Positions 40,165-53,329 of a stretch of DNA of 64,000 bases are shown one piece after another. Every line of letters begins with the position of its first letter. Position 1 is the first letter of the stretch. The stretch is from positions 148,118,001 to 148,182,000 of the forward strand of contig OX597814.1 of the NCBI GenBank assembly GCA_951406725.2. The letters run 5' to 3'. The notes under the pieces are model-generated. The model ran no database searches and was not told the origin of the DNA. It saw only the letters and a list, made by a program, of their open reading frames with translations. The stretch comes from Octopus vulgaris (taxonomy: Eukaryota). The position numbers and the translations under genes are program-made.

Positions 40165-40695
40165 CATTATTATTATTATTATTGAGTGAGAGAGCAATGC
40201 ATGCCATCACAGAGACATTATGGTAAAATATACGAATCCCTCTATACCCATCATAAATACTCATCTGATAAGGGCAAACCAGGCTCATACATCACAACCA
40301 TATGTGAGCGACATGGTGATCTCATATTAAGATAAACAGCTCATGACCTTGCAAGTGGGCCCCAGTTAGAATTTTCTTCTGGTCGAGTAACCCATCCCGC
40401 TCAAAAAGGTCCCTGAATAAGGGTTGTTTAAAGATGTTGAACGAAACACCCATGTTTCCAGAGGTGAAATAGTCAAACCCCAACGAATCCCTCTCAACAC
40501 CTGGCTATGATGTTCCCCCACTACAAAGATGCACATATCGTCAGCCACTAAGTGACATGCTCAACTGGTTAAGGTCAAACAACTGACAAGTAAATCCGTG
40601 GTATTGAGCAGAATATTTGCTGTAGCCCATCTTCTATACCAAAACAAAACAATATACATGACACTTCCAATCAAATTCTTCTTCTTCTTCTTCTT

Positions 40696-40726
<31 letters not shown>

Positions 40727-40750
40727 TTATTATTATTATTATTATTATTC

Positions 40751-40785
<35 letters not shown>

Positions 40786-40947
40786 GTTGTTGTTGTTGTT
40801 GTTGTTGTTGTTATTATTATTATTATTATTATCGTCATCACCATCGTCATCATCCTCATCATCGTCATCATCATCATTATCATCATCATCATCATCGTCA
40901 TCGTCATCATCATCATCATTATTATTATCATATATGCATACATAATA

Positions 40948-41866
40948 TTGGGTCATCCCATTTATAATGCGGTTTTTCAATGGCATGAATTAAAAGTCGG
41001 GGGTGGGGACGGGATAAATACCTGCATCGACTTGCTATAAAAGTAGGTAGTAATTTTACCTTGTGCTTATTTTTAGTGCCAGTTTTGAAGAGAGTCCAGT
41101 GTAATTTTAACAGTTATTTTTCAAAGGTATAATGGAAGTCACAAACGAACATATTCGGCATGTATCGCTTTATGAGTTCAATGAAAGCAACAACGTAACC
41201 GAAAGTGAGATAAATATTAATGCAGTATATGGACATTGGACAATAAGCGTAAGCCATTTTCAACGGTGGTTCCAGAACTTCCGAGCCGAAAACTAGAGCC
41301 TAGAAGATGAGCCTCGTCCAGGAAGATATTTAGAGCTCGACGAGGACTTCATGCGAACTCTGGCGGAGCAATCTCCCTTCGTAACTGTGGCGAAACTAGC
41401 AGAGAAGCTTGGATTTAGCCATTCAATTATTAATCGACACATGCGTGCTATCGGTAAAGTCAGCAAACTGGGTCAATGGGCTCCTCACAAATATTTGGTG
41501 TCTAATCGCGCGCAGAGAGCGAATGTGAGCTCTTCTTTGCTGCCACGCCTCATGAGTGAACCTTTATTTGAACCGAATAGTGACAGGTAACGAGAAATGG
41601 GTTCTCTATAAAAATGTCAAGCGCCGTAGAGAAAGGAGAAAATATGAATTCTGAAGTCAAGATCAGAACAACAGTACTGGAGGAGTAATTTTCGTCACGA
41701 ACAAGTGAATTTGGAAGAGAGGCCTTGCAATTCTACCATATAGTTGGAAGAGCATTTTAGAAAATGAAGGATAATATATTTTAGATTAAAAACGTACATT
41801 GTTTATCTTAATTTTGAAAAATATAAGAAATATAAAGAGTCGCTTTCTTTATGGGATGGCGCAAAA
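40948..41866 (+). mobile_element. Internally deleted mariner with both TIRs
   Basis: TA|TTGGGTCATCCCAT...ATGGGATGGCGCAAAA|TA; ATG at 41132 MEVTNEHIRH, RWFQNFR, LEDEPRPGR, KLGQWAPH, IVTGNEKW; most of the catalytic domain is missing. Confidence 0.85.
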
Positions 41867-42004
41867 TATTTGTCTCTATGTATACAGATATAGGTATATT
41901 AATGTTTCTTTTTTTATATTCAGTTATAATGAGAACAATTTTGCATTAATCTGATAGGTTACTCTATACTTATGTAGAGTCACACACAGTATTCATAGAA
42001 ACAG

Positions 42005-42109
42005 AATGTTGTTGATAGTGACTTAGAATGTTTGGCCAGCTAAGCCATTGTCGGGCAGTCTAATGATGGCTTAACTGGTCAAAACTTAGAAATCACTGTC
42101 AGCAACATT
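42005..42109. repeat. Imperfect palindrome made of two inverted hammerhead-like relics
   Basis: ~50-bp arms. Right arm reads GGCAGT-CTAATGA-T-GGCT-TAACT-GGTC-AAAA-CTTAGAAA-TC-ACTGTC. Confidence 0.65.
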
Positions 42110-45100
42110 ACTATTCAAGAACAACACACAAACATACGCATACAATGATTTCGGGATGAATTTTACCATTTTTATGTTACCACTTTTAAAGAACAGCTTG
42201 ATATATTGCTGAACAATTAATGATGTTGGGGACCATATACATTAGAGTTGTAGTCTACAAAATTTTAGCCGACATGGAGGGGAGGAACCAAGTTGATACT
42301 GGAAAAGTCTAACATTAATATACCAACATCTTCACTCCTCTTCAATGCTCCTTTGTATATATGTAATCTGCTAACTGTATAGATAAGGATTTAACTGCCA
42401 CTGTGTTTGAAACAACGTGTTACAAAAACTGAAAATTCAGAGGAATTTTACTGAGTTTATCAAGTTGTTTCTATGAGTCTCTAAAACAGAGGTGAATCTT
42501 TGTAGATTTCAGCTATATTCTCTCTGCAATGAGTTGTATTTAATATTAACTAATGCAGGTCGTTAGTAGCTTCTTTCGAATTTGCTCATTTCCTTGATTA
42601 CAGCCTGAAAAAGTCTGAAAATGTTCAATTTTTTTATTTTTCTTTTATGAATTTACTAGAACGACATTGAGAAAGGAAATACGTCAGATAAAATAAACAT
42701 GGATAAATATTCTGGGTATTTCTTAAATATCTACATAATATTCGAAAGTGAGACTTATAAATGGGCTATGCCAGCGATACTACCATGTAGGCAACAGTCT
42801 TTCTAATTAAAAATTTGATGTCAAAATAAATTGAATGCATATTTATGTAGTGAAATGAATAAAATAATTTATCTAAAATATTTTAATGAAATTTCTCCAG
42901 CTATACGTACATACGTTCGTGCTAACATATACCGCACTCATAAATCTGACATATTTTATGCGTTTATATATATATATATATATATATAAGTTGAAATTTA
43001 TCCCTTCTTAAATTGTTGTCTTTGATCCCAACATCCATTACTTTGTGCTACAGAATTTAAGTCATTGCAGAGAGTCCATTAAGAGAGTAATTTATAAGTA
43101 GCGAGTGAAATGTATATCTAGGAAATAAACTGGAGATAGTAGATAGTGCACGGCCCAAGATACTCTAAACGTTAGACTTTGAAATAAATCCAGTCCAATA
43201 GCAATTATCATAGACATTCAATATTAAATTCCTCAGGAAAAATGTTTTGCTTGAGTCTTTGACCAGATGAGAAACGAGATAAATAAAGCGTAATATAATA
43301 ACGTTTGTATAAAACCAGTCCCGATAAGACAGGTCATGACCTGCTTACGATTAATGTTCCCATAGTATAGTTGGAATTTAGAACATTTCGAAGAATTTTT
43401 TCCACTTAATGTTTCCTTTAAAGAATAAATGAATAATGATTTTCCTGGTTAAATTAGAACAGATGTAGCTGATTCTAAGATTGATAAAAATAAAAATGTT
43501 TTTTAAAAATCTAAAAGGTCAATGTTGAAAGATTTGAAAGCGGTGACTTGGAATCATTCATCAAAAGAGAAATGAAAGGATTTATTAGTGGATGGCAGAA
43601 TACTGTTGACAACTGACTGGAAGAGAGTTTGAATGAGGAGAGAGGTCAGTGAATTTTACTGACAACTAAGCATAAGTGAGGGGACACTAAAATGTATGCC
43701 GTTAGTTATAACGACAGCAGTAAAAGAGTTCATGCGTTTTAGCTGGATTTTCAAAATATTTAATTATTCACTTTATTATACAATACAAGTGAAGATCTCA
43801 ACACATATCCTTCAGGCCACTTGAAAATTAAGAGAAAATCTCACCGGCTCGATTGCTAATATTATATTTTTCAGGATTCTCGCAACTGGAATTTTGTCGT
43901 GATACTAGAGAGATCCGGATCTCTCAGATTTTAAGTAACCCCTGATGACAACATTCGATATTAACACTCATGACACACATACACATGCAGGTTTCTTTCA
44001 TTGTAGAAAGCATATACATATTTGATAATGTATTTCTCTTCTATTTGCCAAATAGGATTCGAATACATATTCCAAAATATTTTACCAAAAGAGCGAAATC
44101 TGTATCAGAATAATATTATTGATCTGTGAAACATTCGTTATCTAATTTTCAATAATCTGCTCTAAGTTAGAAGTATGTGCTGAAATCGATGTTGAGTAAC
44201 TAGTGATAGTGTTTACTTGAACAATTGGTTGTATTGTGAGAAAGAACAAACAGTCCGGAAGGATGACAAAGATACCATCACATAGAAAAGAAAACAATGC
44301 TAGAATAAATAGCATTGGTTATCATTAATTTACATCGAAAATCAGAAAGAGTTAGAACAGACTATTTCGAATCTCTTCATAAATCAACTGAAGAAATTCT
44401 TCCACAAGAGCACTATTGCAACTGTAGAAAGAACCAAAGCAACACTGACATTTTTCTTTACAGAATGACAGACTCAGTAAAAAAAATAGCTAAAATATAT
44501 GCACACCGTATCTGCATGCATAGGAAGTCACTACAGTTTCGTTCGGCCAGCTAAAAATAGTAGCCACATTATTTTCAAACTTCTCTTTTACTGAATATTT
44601 GGGATGTAGTTAGAGCGATAGAGGGCTTACAGGCAGTGAGCTAAACCTATTTTTATTTTCATGTAGTAGACTGAAAACGTTTCATGAAAGACGCAACACG
44701 CTGCCTAGTTACGAAATCAAACACCCGTCTTTATAACCCAACAATAAGGCTAATTGCCTGGTGATAGCTCTGTTGTTAAGTTGTTTATATATTAAGGAGT
44801 TGTGCTCACGATTATAAAGTCGTTGGTTAGATTTGTGGACAAATTGGCATGTTGTCCTACAGCAATAATTTGATGTTGTTGAAGTCTAATCAACTAAAAG
44901 TAAAGCTAATTGCTTGCGGAGCAATCTCAGCATTCACTTGCCACAATGCGCTATTCGGTCGGACAAAGCTAGAACATCTGAAAATCGAAGAAGGTTTTTA
45001 GGGTTGCCCGTGAGTAAATCGGAACTTAAAACAGTAAGCAAAAGCATGATACGAGCTACCAGGACATATTCGTTCGCAAGGGATGTCTAATTGAACCTAT

Positions 45101-45143
45101 GTGCATGCATATTGAAATGCTGTACACAAATATATACAGTGTA

Positions 45144-45490
45144 GCTGCAATGGCCCAGTGGTTCGGGCAGCGATCACCCGGTATTACCGGGTGTTATGAG
45201 TGTTTATTGAGCGAAAATGCCTAAAGTACCACGAGGCTCCGGTAGTGGGGGGTCCCTGCTGTATTCTTTCATCACAACTCTCTCACACTCTTTCTTCCTG
45301 TTTCTGTTGTAGCTGTATTTCAAAGGGCCAGCCTTGTCACACTCTGTGTCACGCTGAATCTCCCCGAGAACTACGTCAAGGGTACACGTGTCTGTGGAGT
45401 GCTCAGCCATTTGCTCGTTAATTTCACGAGCAGGCTGTTTTGTTGATCGATTCAACTGGAACCCACGTCGTCGTAACCGACAGAATGCCA
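45144..45490 (+). mobile_element. tRNA-derived SINE with Nin-like domain
   Basis: A box TGGCCCAGTGGTT; 45315-45480 closely matches 12485-12650 but the head and middle differ. Confidence 0.8.
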
Positions 45491-45615
45491 CGATACACAT
45501 ACATATATACACATCAACTCACACACTCTCTCACACAAACATGTGTGCGTGTGTGTGTTTGTGTAATTAGACGAAAGCATATATATATTTTTTGTGAAAA
45601 TATAGAATGTTATTG

Positions 45616-45653
<38 letters not shown>

Positions 45654-47335
45654 AAATATACAATGTTACCCCTCTGAAAATAGGTGCCGCACTTAAGCCA
45701 TTACACCTTCAACAGATTGGAGTGAAGATCTAATAGGGTATTTGCATCATTCACTAGTTTCGTTCTGATTCACTTATACCTATCATGTCAGTAGCTGAAA
45801 ATAAGTAGCGTAAGCTCCATCTGTACTATGAAAAAAAATTATATGGAGGCACAAATTCACCACCAGGATTTTAATGATTTGTTTCATATTCTAAGTGAAG
45901 TATTCCACTCGCAAATTTTACAGTTTAAATGACAGACGTTTCCTCACCTTACAGACTGCGGCGTGTAAGGCAGTCGAAAAATTACTAATGTGACGTTAAA
46001 AATAAAAGTTTAGTTCGTTTGTTCATCATTCGACACCGCTTAGATATCCGATGATTGTCAGACCAATTATTTACAGTGATCCTCAAAAATATGTTTATTT
46101 GAACGTTTGGGCATCTTTAATCAAATTTGAAGGTATATTAGTTCTTTAGTTAATACATCTGCGTTTACTAAAAGTCACGTTCAAACTGATTTTGAAAAAG
46201 CTAAAATCATTGGCTGATGTATGAAATCGATCTATCTTGACTGTCTATCACATATCGTTACTTCTCTTTTTCCCAAATCGACTTAAAGAAAAAAATAACC
46301 GATCATTTTGAGAAATCTTTAGACAGATAGATAAAAGGTTCTTGAAAGTTATTGTCTGTGATGATAAGCTGAATATTACCATTCATATTACCAACTTAAT
46401 ATTTAAACTAGGTCAGCTTCAGAGGAATCACTGAAACGGGAGCAGAATTGCCTCAGTAGAATTGCATTTCTTTGTTATTCTGAAGAGGGCTGCTGTTATC
46501 AATCAGTAGATTGATGGGTGTAACAATAGCTCAATGCAATTTTGGAACAATATGTGGAAAACTTTCATGCTGTGTTTAATTTTCTTAACGATCAAATCTT
46601 TTTTCTACAACCTTTTGATATTTTTCGTACAAATTATCGTGCTACTCTCAAGACGACTTTTCTCTCATCTCCATCGTTCAATTTTGTGTGTTGTTCATGT
46701 TTGCATTCGAGTATATTAATTTTCATATTATATTCTGATTTTTTTTCAAGATGCAAATATTTTCCCATTGGGAACTTCTAGCTTTGAACACGAGTTTTGT
46801 TGAGATTTCTTTTGAACATGTGCTGGTGATTAAAACCTGAAACAACTGTCGAGTCCCTTTGAAGCCAAATGATAAGTGTATAAAAGATCAAACACCAAAC
46901 TATTGATCATATATTAATTACTCGTTCACTATTTGCAGGCGCTTATGCTCAAACTGGTGGGCTGTGTTGTATACGATAGGTTAGCTTTTGGAATATTGGA
47001 CACAAAATTTGCAAAGTACCATGTCGCAATTGGAGAGAAATGGTTATTCAAGTGAGATGGTAGGGACGGCGCAAGCTTCGTAGACTATATTAGGGATATC
47101 GTGGGTGCAATTACGAATAAAGGGAAAATATCATACATAAATTAAACAGCAACTCTACTCTCGCTTTTCTTCTAGGGTTTGAATGTAATTATATTGTTTA
47201 AAAAAAATAATGTTCGTTTACATTTACGTATGAAGTATTTTCGTAGTCCATCTATTTTCAAAAATTCTATACAAACGCAGGAGGAGGTATGTAGCGAGTA
47301 ATTATAGTTAAGTCTTTAACTTTATTTCATACAGT

Positions 47336-47392
47336 AACGCTAATCCTAACCCTAAAACTCTAACCCTAACCCTAAAACCCTAACCCTAACCA
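47336..47392. repeat. Interstitial telomere-like (TAACCC)n tract
   Basis: CTAATCCTAACCCTAAAACTCTAACCCTAACCCTAAAACCCTAACCCTAACC. Confidence 0.8.
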
Positions 47393-47773
47393 TAATATCA
47401 TGAAAGCTAAACCAGTACAAACGCACGAACTATCTCATAAGTAACAGTGATAAACGAAATATACACCGCCGGAAGTTGCTATTGACAAACAACAGCAGTA
47501 ATTTGATTCAGCTGAATACACGTCATTGATTGGTTGAAATTACCGAAATGCGACAACTTTAACACGAAATCACTTTGAAAGTAGGTTTTCTCAACAACAC
47601 TAAGAGTAAAAGATGTTTTATATGACACATCCTACCAGTGTCTGTAGTTTTAATGTGTTTAGTTACAAAAAAAGTATTTCCCGATCTGCCGTTGAAAGGG
47701 AAAATATCCAATTCAGGGAGTACACAATATGTTTGGTAGAGTATAAATTTCTTAAATAAGAATAGCAATGAGA

Positions 47774-47839
47774 GATACTTCGAAGTTTCAGTCAGCTAAG
47801 CCATCATCTGAGGTTTCAGCTGGCTGAAACTTCGAAATC
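47774..47839. repeat. Palindrome related to 42005-42109
   Basis: TTCGAAGTTTCAGTCAGCT...AGCTGGCTGAAACTTCGAA (19 bp, one G-U pair); shares CAGCTAAGCCAT with 42037-42048. Confidence 0.75.
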
Positions 47840-47888
47840 ACAATGAACGCTATATTTGTTGAAGAATTATATATGGACATACAAATAA

Positions 47889-47943
<55 letters not shown>

Positions 47944-48550
47944 CATATGTGTGAGTGTGCAAGTTTGTATATATGTATGCGTGTGTGTGAGGGAGAGAGA
48001 GAGAGAAGTTGTTTATGTGTGCGTGTATTTTACATCAGACCTATTTCACGGATAGATTAATATTTTTCCTATTTACATAATACATTATTTTCTTCATATA
48101 ACCATGAGAGTTAAATGTTCAAATTCTTATCATGACTAAATAATTCATATTATGAAAGTTTGAAAATTTTAATCTTTTGCACATTATCGTTCTCTCTTTT
48201 TCTTTTACAACAACCACCCACCCACCCGCACTCTCGCTTTCTGTCTTGGTTGAAATGGAAATTGCACACAATTTTGTTGTTGTTATTGTATTGCTGAACA
48301 TTGAATTCGTAATATCAAAATCAAAACACTCAAGCAGACTTACAAAAAAATGTATGTAAACACTTCAATTTACTTTTCTGATCAATATTAATAAGTTGAG
48401 TAAGTTGGTGAAGTAGTAGATACAGTTATCATGAAGTCATACCGTATTTCATTCACTTTACCTGAGAGGTCGTCTTTGCCATTCATGATAGGTGACTGAT
48501 TGTTTAAAGTACGAGACACTATTCCTATGCGAAAGTATTACAAATATATT

Positions 48551-48604
<54 letters not shown>

Positions 48605-49222
48605 GCAGTGTGTTTGCAGAGTCGTTGGAACTCCTCCCCCATTTAGTGCAATATTAATAACGATATTTACAATCGCATCTTAAATCCTACCTAGCTTTCT
48701 GTCGTTTCGAAAGGTTAAATTTATGTACCTTTAAGCTACTTAGATCAATGGTATAGATGTATTTCATCCTGTCAAAATTGTTAGTCTTGAGCTTAATCAT
48801 GAAACATTTATTACTTAAAACGATGGAATGCAAGATTTGTTAAAGCACGGACGAAAAAAGCATCTGATGTTTGATCGTCAAATTTACTCTGCTACTTCGA
48901 ATCCACTGAAATAGTAGATGACGTATTCATATGGGCTGATACTATCAATCTTTTCGTCTCCCTCAAGGTTATGTATTTGTGCAATATAAAAAAAAATAAT
49001 TTTTTATATTAATATCAGTTTTGCAAATTTATTAGAGAGTTGGACAAAGGGCTTTGGTTAGCTAATTGTGGTGTGTCATGCTGTGAGTGCAAATTCCACT
49101 ACGGGTAACTTTGGCTTTACTCCTTCCTTGATCAATAAAATTAAGACCAAGAGACGGACTGGTGTCGATTTAATAGACTAGCCCATCCCGTAAATCGATG
49201 GCCTTGACCATAGAAATTATTA

Positions 49223-49316
49223 CGAGGGCTGTATAAAAAGTTTTGAGCCTAGAAGTCTCGTACCATGTTTTTTTTTTTTTTTTTTTTGAGGCTGAAGTCT
49301 TTTCATACACCCCTCG
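49223..49316. mobile_element. Miniature mariner-type MITE (~94 bp)
   Basis: TA|CGAGGGCTGTATAAAAAG ... CTTTTCATACACCCCTCG|TA terminal inverted repeats with TA duplication; poly-T interior. Confidence 0.75.
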
Positions 49317-50811
49317 TACATTGATTTTGGTTTAGCAGAATTCATATACACATGACAAAATGCTTTACTATATTTACGTTAGACCATTTGAGATTTGAGT
49401 TCACAGCCATTTAATTTACTTAATCTTCAGGATTCGATAAAACGTAGTAAATGTGAAGCATAGGATTAGATATAATTAAATATATTCGTTCTTAAAAAAA
49501 TATGTCACTTTCTGCCTGTGTTAGAAATCCTAGTTTTTCGAATAATGTGCTAAATATTTCGAGATTTGTCTCTTCTATTTCTTCTCTGTTTTGGCGACTA
49601 AAGCCGTCACAGCTGATCGTGGTTGCATACGCAAGTAATGCATGGCTTATGGTGTTGGTTTTTAAAGCGGCGTGCGTTATATTACTTGCTAATATAAATA
49701 AGCATTAACTAGGAGAATTATGCAGGATAGAAAGTCCACATGCGATGTGGCCCGTACATATATATCAACAGCTTTTGTCAACGAAACAATGTTCTTTTTA
49801 GAAATCTATCCTTATGCTTTAATACCAAAATTAGAAGCAGTTTCATGTAGAGAAATCCATTAAGTAGCTATGTCTGAAAGAGTGAACACACGGAGCTAAA
49901 ATCTACTCCTCTTCAACAATGATCACGTAATGACGCTATGCAGTACACACATATATCTGGTCAACGATGGTGTAAATCTGTAGTTGTTTTCTCTAAGACA
50001 AATCTATTGGCAGAACTGAAGTTTTTATATATGTTTGAAATCAGACAATTTTGTTATCTGAAATGCGGCAAGTCAGTCTGTATAGAGGGATAGTGGATGG
50101 TAGGTGTGAAACGAATTGGGAACGATTGTGGCTGATGCTTAGTACAATTTCTGTAGTTACTTTTGGGGAACTCTAAGACCCAGATTTTTCAATAAATTTC
50201 ACAAGTCGTTCAACTAATAATGCTAGACGTTTTTAAAACCTTTTTACGTTCTGGTTTCCATTACAACAGACTTTGAAACTGCATTTCAACTTTCCCTTCA
50301 CGGGTCGTCAAAACAGTGTAACAGTCAAGTACTAATGTCGGTTTAAAAAGCAGTATTAACTGGCTGGCCTAGTGCCAATAGTAATAACCAATATGAAATA
50401 TCAATGAGTTGGTGGAGCAACAAGAACTCTTACAGTGCTAAACTAAGTACCTGCTAATATTTACTTACTCTCAGTTTACGATGCGAGTGCACCGATTCAG
50501 TGGTTTACTAAATATATACAATTCTCAGGTGCCAGTACATTATGTACTAGTAATAAACTGTCATGTATTCATTCGTCTATATACATTACTTGCAGATTTT
50601 TTTCTTTTTTCAGGGTAAGATAATCTTTTATTTTTTTCTTTCCATTTTTCTTTATTTATTTGTTTCTTCTTCTTCTTCTTCTTCTTCTTCTTCTTCTTCT
50701 TCTTCTTCTTCTTCTTCTTCTTCTTCTTCTTCTTCTTCTTCTTCTTCTTCTTCTTCTTCTTCTTCTTCTTCTTCTTCTTCTTCTTCTTCATCATCATCAT
50801 CATCATCATCA

Positions 50812-50870
<59 letters not shown>

Positions 50871-50875
50871 GCTAA

Positions 50876-51088
50876 GGCGGTGAGCTGTCAGAATCGTTAG
50901 CATGCCGGGCGAAATGCTTAACGGCATTCCGTCTGTCTTTACGTTCTGTGTTCAAATTCCTCTGCTCGTCGACTTTGTCTTTCATCCTTTCTGGGTCGTT
51001 AAAATAAGTACCAGATGTTTACTGAGGTCGATGTAATCGACTAACCCCCTCAAAATTTCAGGACTTGTGCCTTTTAGTAGAAAGGATT
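50876..51088 (+). mobile_element. Full-length tRNA-derived SINE (most abundant family in the window)
   Basis: GGCGGTGAGCTGTCAGAATCGTTAGC head, GTTCAAATTCC B box, (ATT)n-like tail; about 10 related copies in the window. Confidence 0.85.
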
Positions 51089-51183
51089 ACTATTATCATT
51101 TCTTTTTATCACATGTTTTTGAAGTCTTACATGCATAGCGGGCTTGCTACCTGCAGCCTACGTTATCATGCTATCCGTTCTTT

Positions 51184-51660
51184 TCAGCTATCTACTTCTT
51201 TCCTGATTATTCTGGCCGTGCCAAGGAGGTAAACATTTTGTAACAGTTCTACTGGACGCTCAATTCCAGTTACCTTTATATTCCTTTTGATGCCTTTTGA
51301 TACTGCTCCCAATGACCCAGCAACAATTGGCCCTCTCTCCACCTTCTTCATCTTCCATAGCCAGGCTAGTTCGTACTTAAGAGGTTTGTATCTCTCTATT
51401 TCCCGCCTTCCTTCTTGACTATACGTTGGTGAAAGAGGCATGCAATATCAATTGTAGAATATACGTGGTGCATCTTGTAGACCACTAGTAGGTCCGGTCT
51501 GTTATGCTCTAGCACCTCGTTTGTTTGGATTGGGAAATTCCAGAGGATTTTGCATGTCTCCTACTCCAACACCCTGCAATTTAGGCTCAATCTACGTCTT
51601 GTCTCTCTCTCTAGCCCCCACATTTCGCATAGTTTACAATGTAGCACTTTCCCTAACTGA
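51184..51660 (-). mobile_element. R4/Dong LINE RLE fragment
   Basis: GKVLHCKLC, FPIQT..LEHNRPDLLVV, YKPLKYELAWLWK, PIVAGSLG, LLGTARIIRK. Confidence 0.8.
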
Positions 51661-52252
51661 TTATGGTAGAGGAACTAAGAAGATTCAATGGCGATACTGA
51701 AAATGTGAGCCTTGATAGGAAGGTCTCTAGGAGAAAGAACACTCTGATTTAAAGCTGGGGTAGATAGAACTCCTGTCATAATCCAACAGCTCCATGCCTG
51801 AGACGAAGGTGAATGTACCGGGAATCGGGACTTAACTCCAGAGCTACACTTAGACGAAAATACAGGGCCAACTCACGTTCAACTCTATCTTAGTGAGAGA
51901 CACTATCATGGTCCTCAACACACAGAAATGCGATGGGAAAAGGTCCAGCTTAGGGATAGAAAGAGCTCTGCAATCTTGGTTGATAAACTTATTTGAGATG
52001 GTATCTCGATAAAAATACCAGTTGGTGACTAACCTGAAAACACACACCTCAATGCTGTGTGAAAATGTATCAAATAATGTTGTTAATGAGGCTGAACAAA
52101 AGGTGAAAGCCTTTTGCCCGGCAGGTGGCCTGTGGTTGAGCAGCGCAGGGGCGGCCGACATCCAGAGGCAGCATATAAACAGTCATCAACATAATTATTA
52201 TATTATCATTGTTGTTTTAGTCATCAACATAATTATTATATTATTATTATTA

Positions 52253-52343
<91 letters not shown>

Positions 52344-52363
52344 TAAAATTATAATAATAATAT

Positions 52364-52539
52364 CGAAAAATACTTTAGGAATGAGGACTCATGTTTGAAA
52401 TTTCCCCAAGACACCTGATGAAGGCTGGAGTGTATATCAGCTGAAACATTGTGTTAACAACAAACAAGATGAGGAGAAATATCCGTCCAATTTAAATAAT
52501 ATAAATAATGTACATAATTCCTCATCCCTTATAGAACTG
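52364..52539 (+). mobile_element. Penelope-like terminal repeat carrying a hammerhead
   Basis: 52454-52539 matches 24038-24128, which abuts a PLE ORF fragment; HHR motif at 52410-52455. Confidence 0.65.
52410..52455 (+). ncRNA. Minimal hammerhead ribozyme, probably decayed
   Basis: GACAC-CTGATGA-A-GGCTGG..TCAGCT-GAAA-CA-TT-GTGTT; stem III has CA where the palindromic CG is expected, consistent with CpG decay. Confidence 0.6.
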
Positions 52540-52714
52540 CAAGACAAGTCTATGAACATGATAAAACTTCCAGTCTGCTAAGACGAGAAGCCATGAGAGC
52601 CACTGCCTGGTATTGGATCAGGGCATTTGTTAATATTATTATTATTGTTGTTGTTGTTCTGGTTGTTGTTGTTGTTGATGTTGTTGCTGCTGTTGTTGTT
52701 ATTGTTGTTATTAA

Positions 52715-53140
52715 GACGTTGAGCTGAAAGGACCGTTAGTACGCCAGTCAAAATACTTAGCGGCATTTCATCCGTCTTTATGTTCTGAGTCTCAATGCCG
52801 GTGAGGTCGGCTTCACTTTCATCCTTTCCGGTTCAATGAAATAAATACTACTTGAGTACTGGAATTCATATAATAAACTTACCCTCTCCTCAAAATTGCC
52901 GGCCTTGTGCCAAAATTTTAAACCGATATGGATTTCACATTTTCGCGCAAGTCCAGCTACTTATCGGGTAATAAGCTGATTACAACTACACCAATGCTCA
53001 ACTGGTACTTACTTTATCGATCCCGATATGATGGACAGCGCAGTAAACTTCGTCGGAATTCGAACTAAGAAAGTAAATATGAACAAATCCCGCTAAGCAT
53101 TTCTCTGGGCTTGCTAAATAATCTGATAGTTCTCCGCCTA
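52715..53140. mobile_element. Tail-to-tail pair of decayed SINEs
   Basis: Plus copy ~52715-52925 and minus copy ~52998-53140, both of the 50876 family. Confidence 0.65.
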
Positions 53141-53169
53141 AAGCAGTAGTATTATTATTGTTGTTATCA

Positions 53170-53221
<52 letters not shown>

Positions 53222-53329
53222 TGTTGTTGTTGTTGTTGTTATTATTATTAACAGAAAACGCCATGATGTTATCTATTCACAACAGCAATTTTATCGAAAC
53301 AAACTAGGATTAATCGTGGTAGAATCAGT

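Noticed and set aside
40095-40288. Poly-Asn N-terminus of the 386-aa RT ORF
   Set aside because: It is the flanking (AAT)n target tract read in frame, not part of the LINE protein.
43480-43750. P-element/THAP9-like words (GFISGWQNTV...LLTT)
   Set aside because: Too degenerate; no TIRs or catalytic motifs confirmed.
43908-43925. Perfect 18-bp palindrome GAGAGATCCGGATCTCTC
   Set aside because: Isolated, partly low-complexity, with no context suggesting function.
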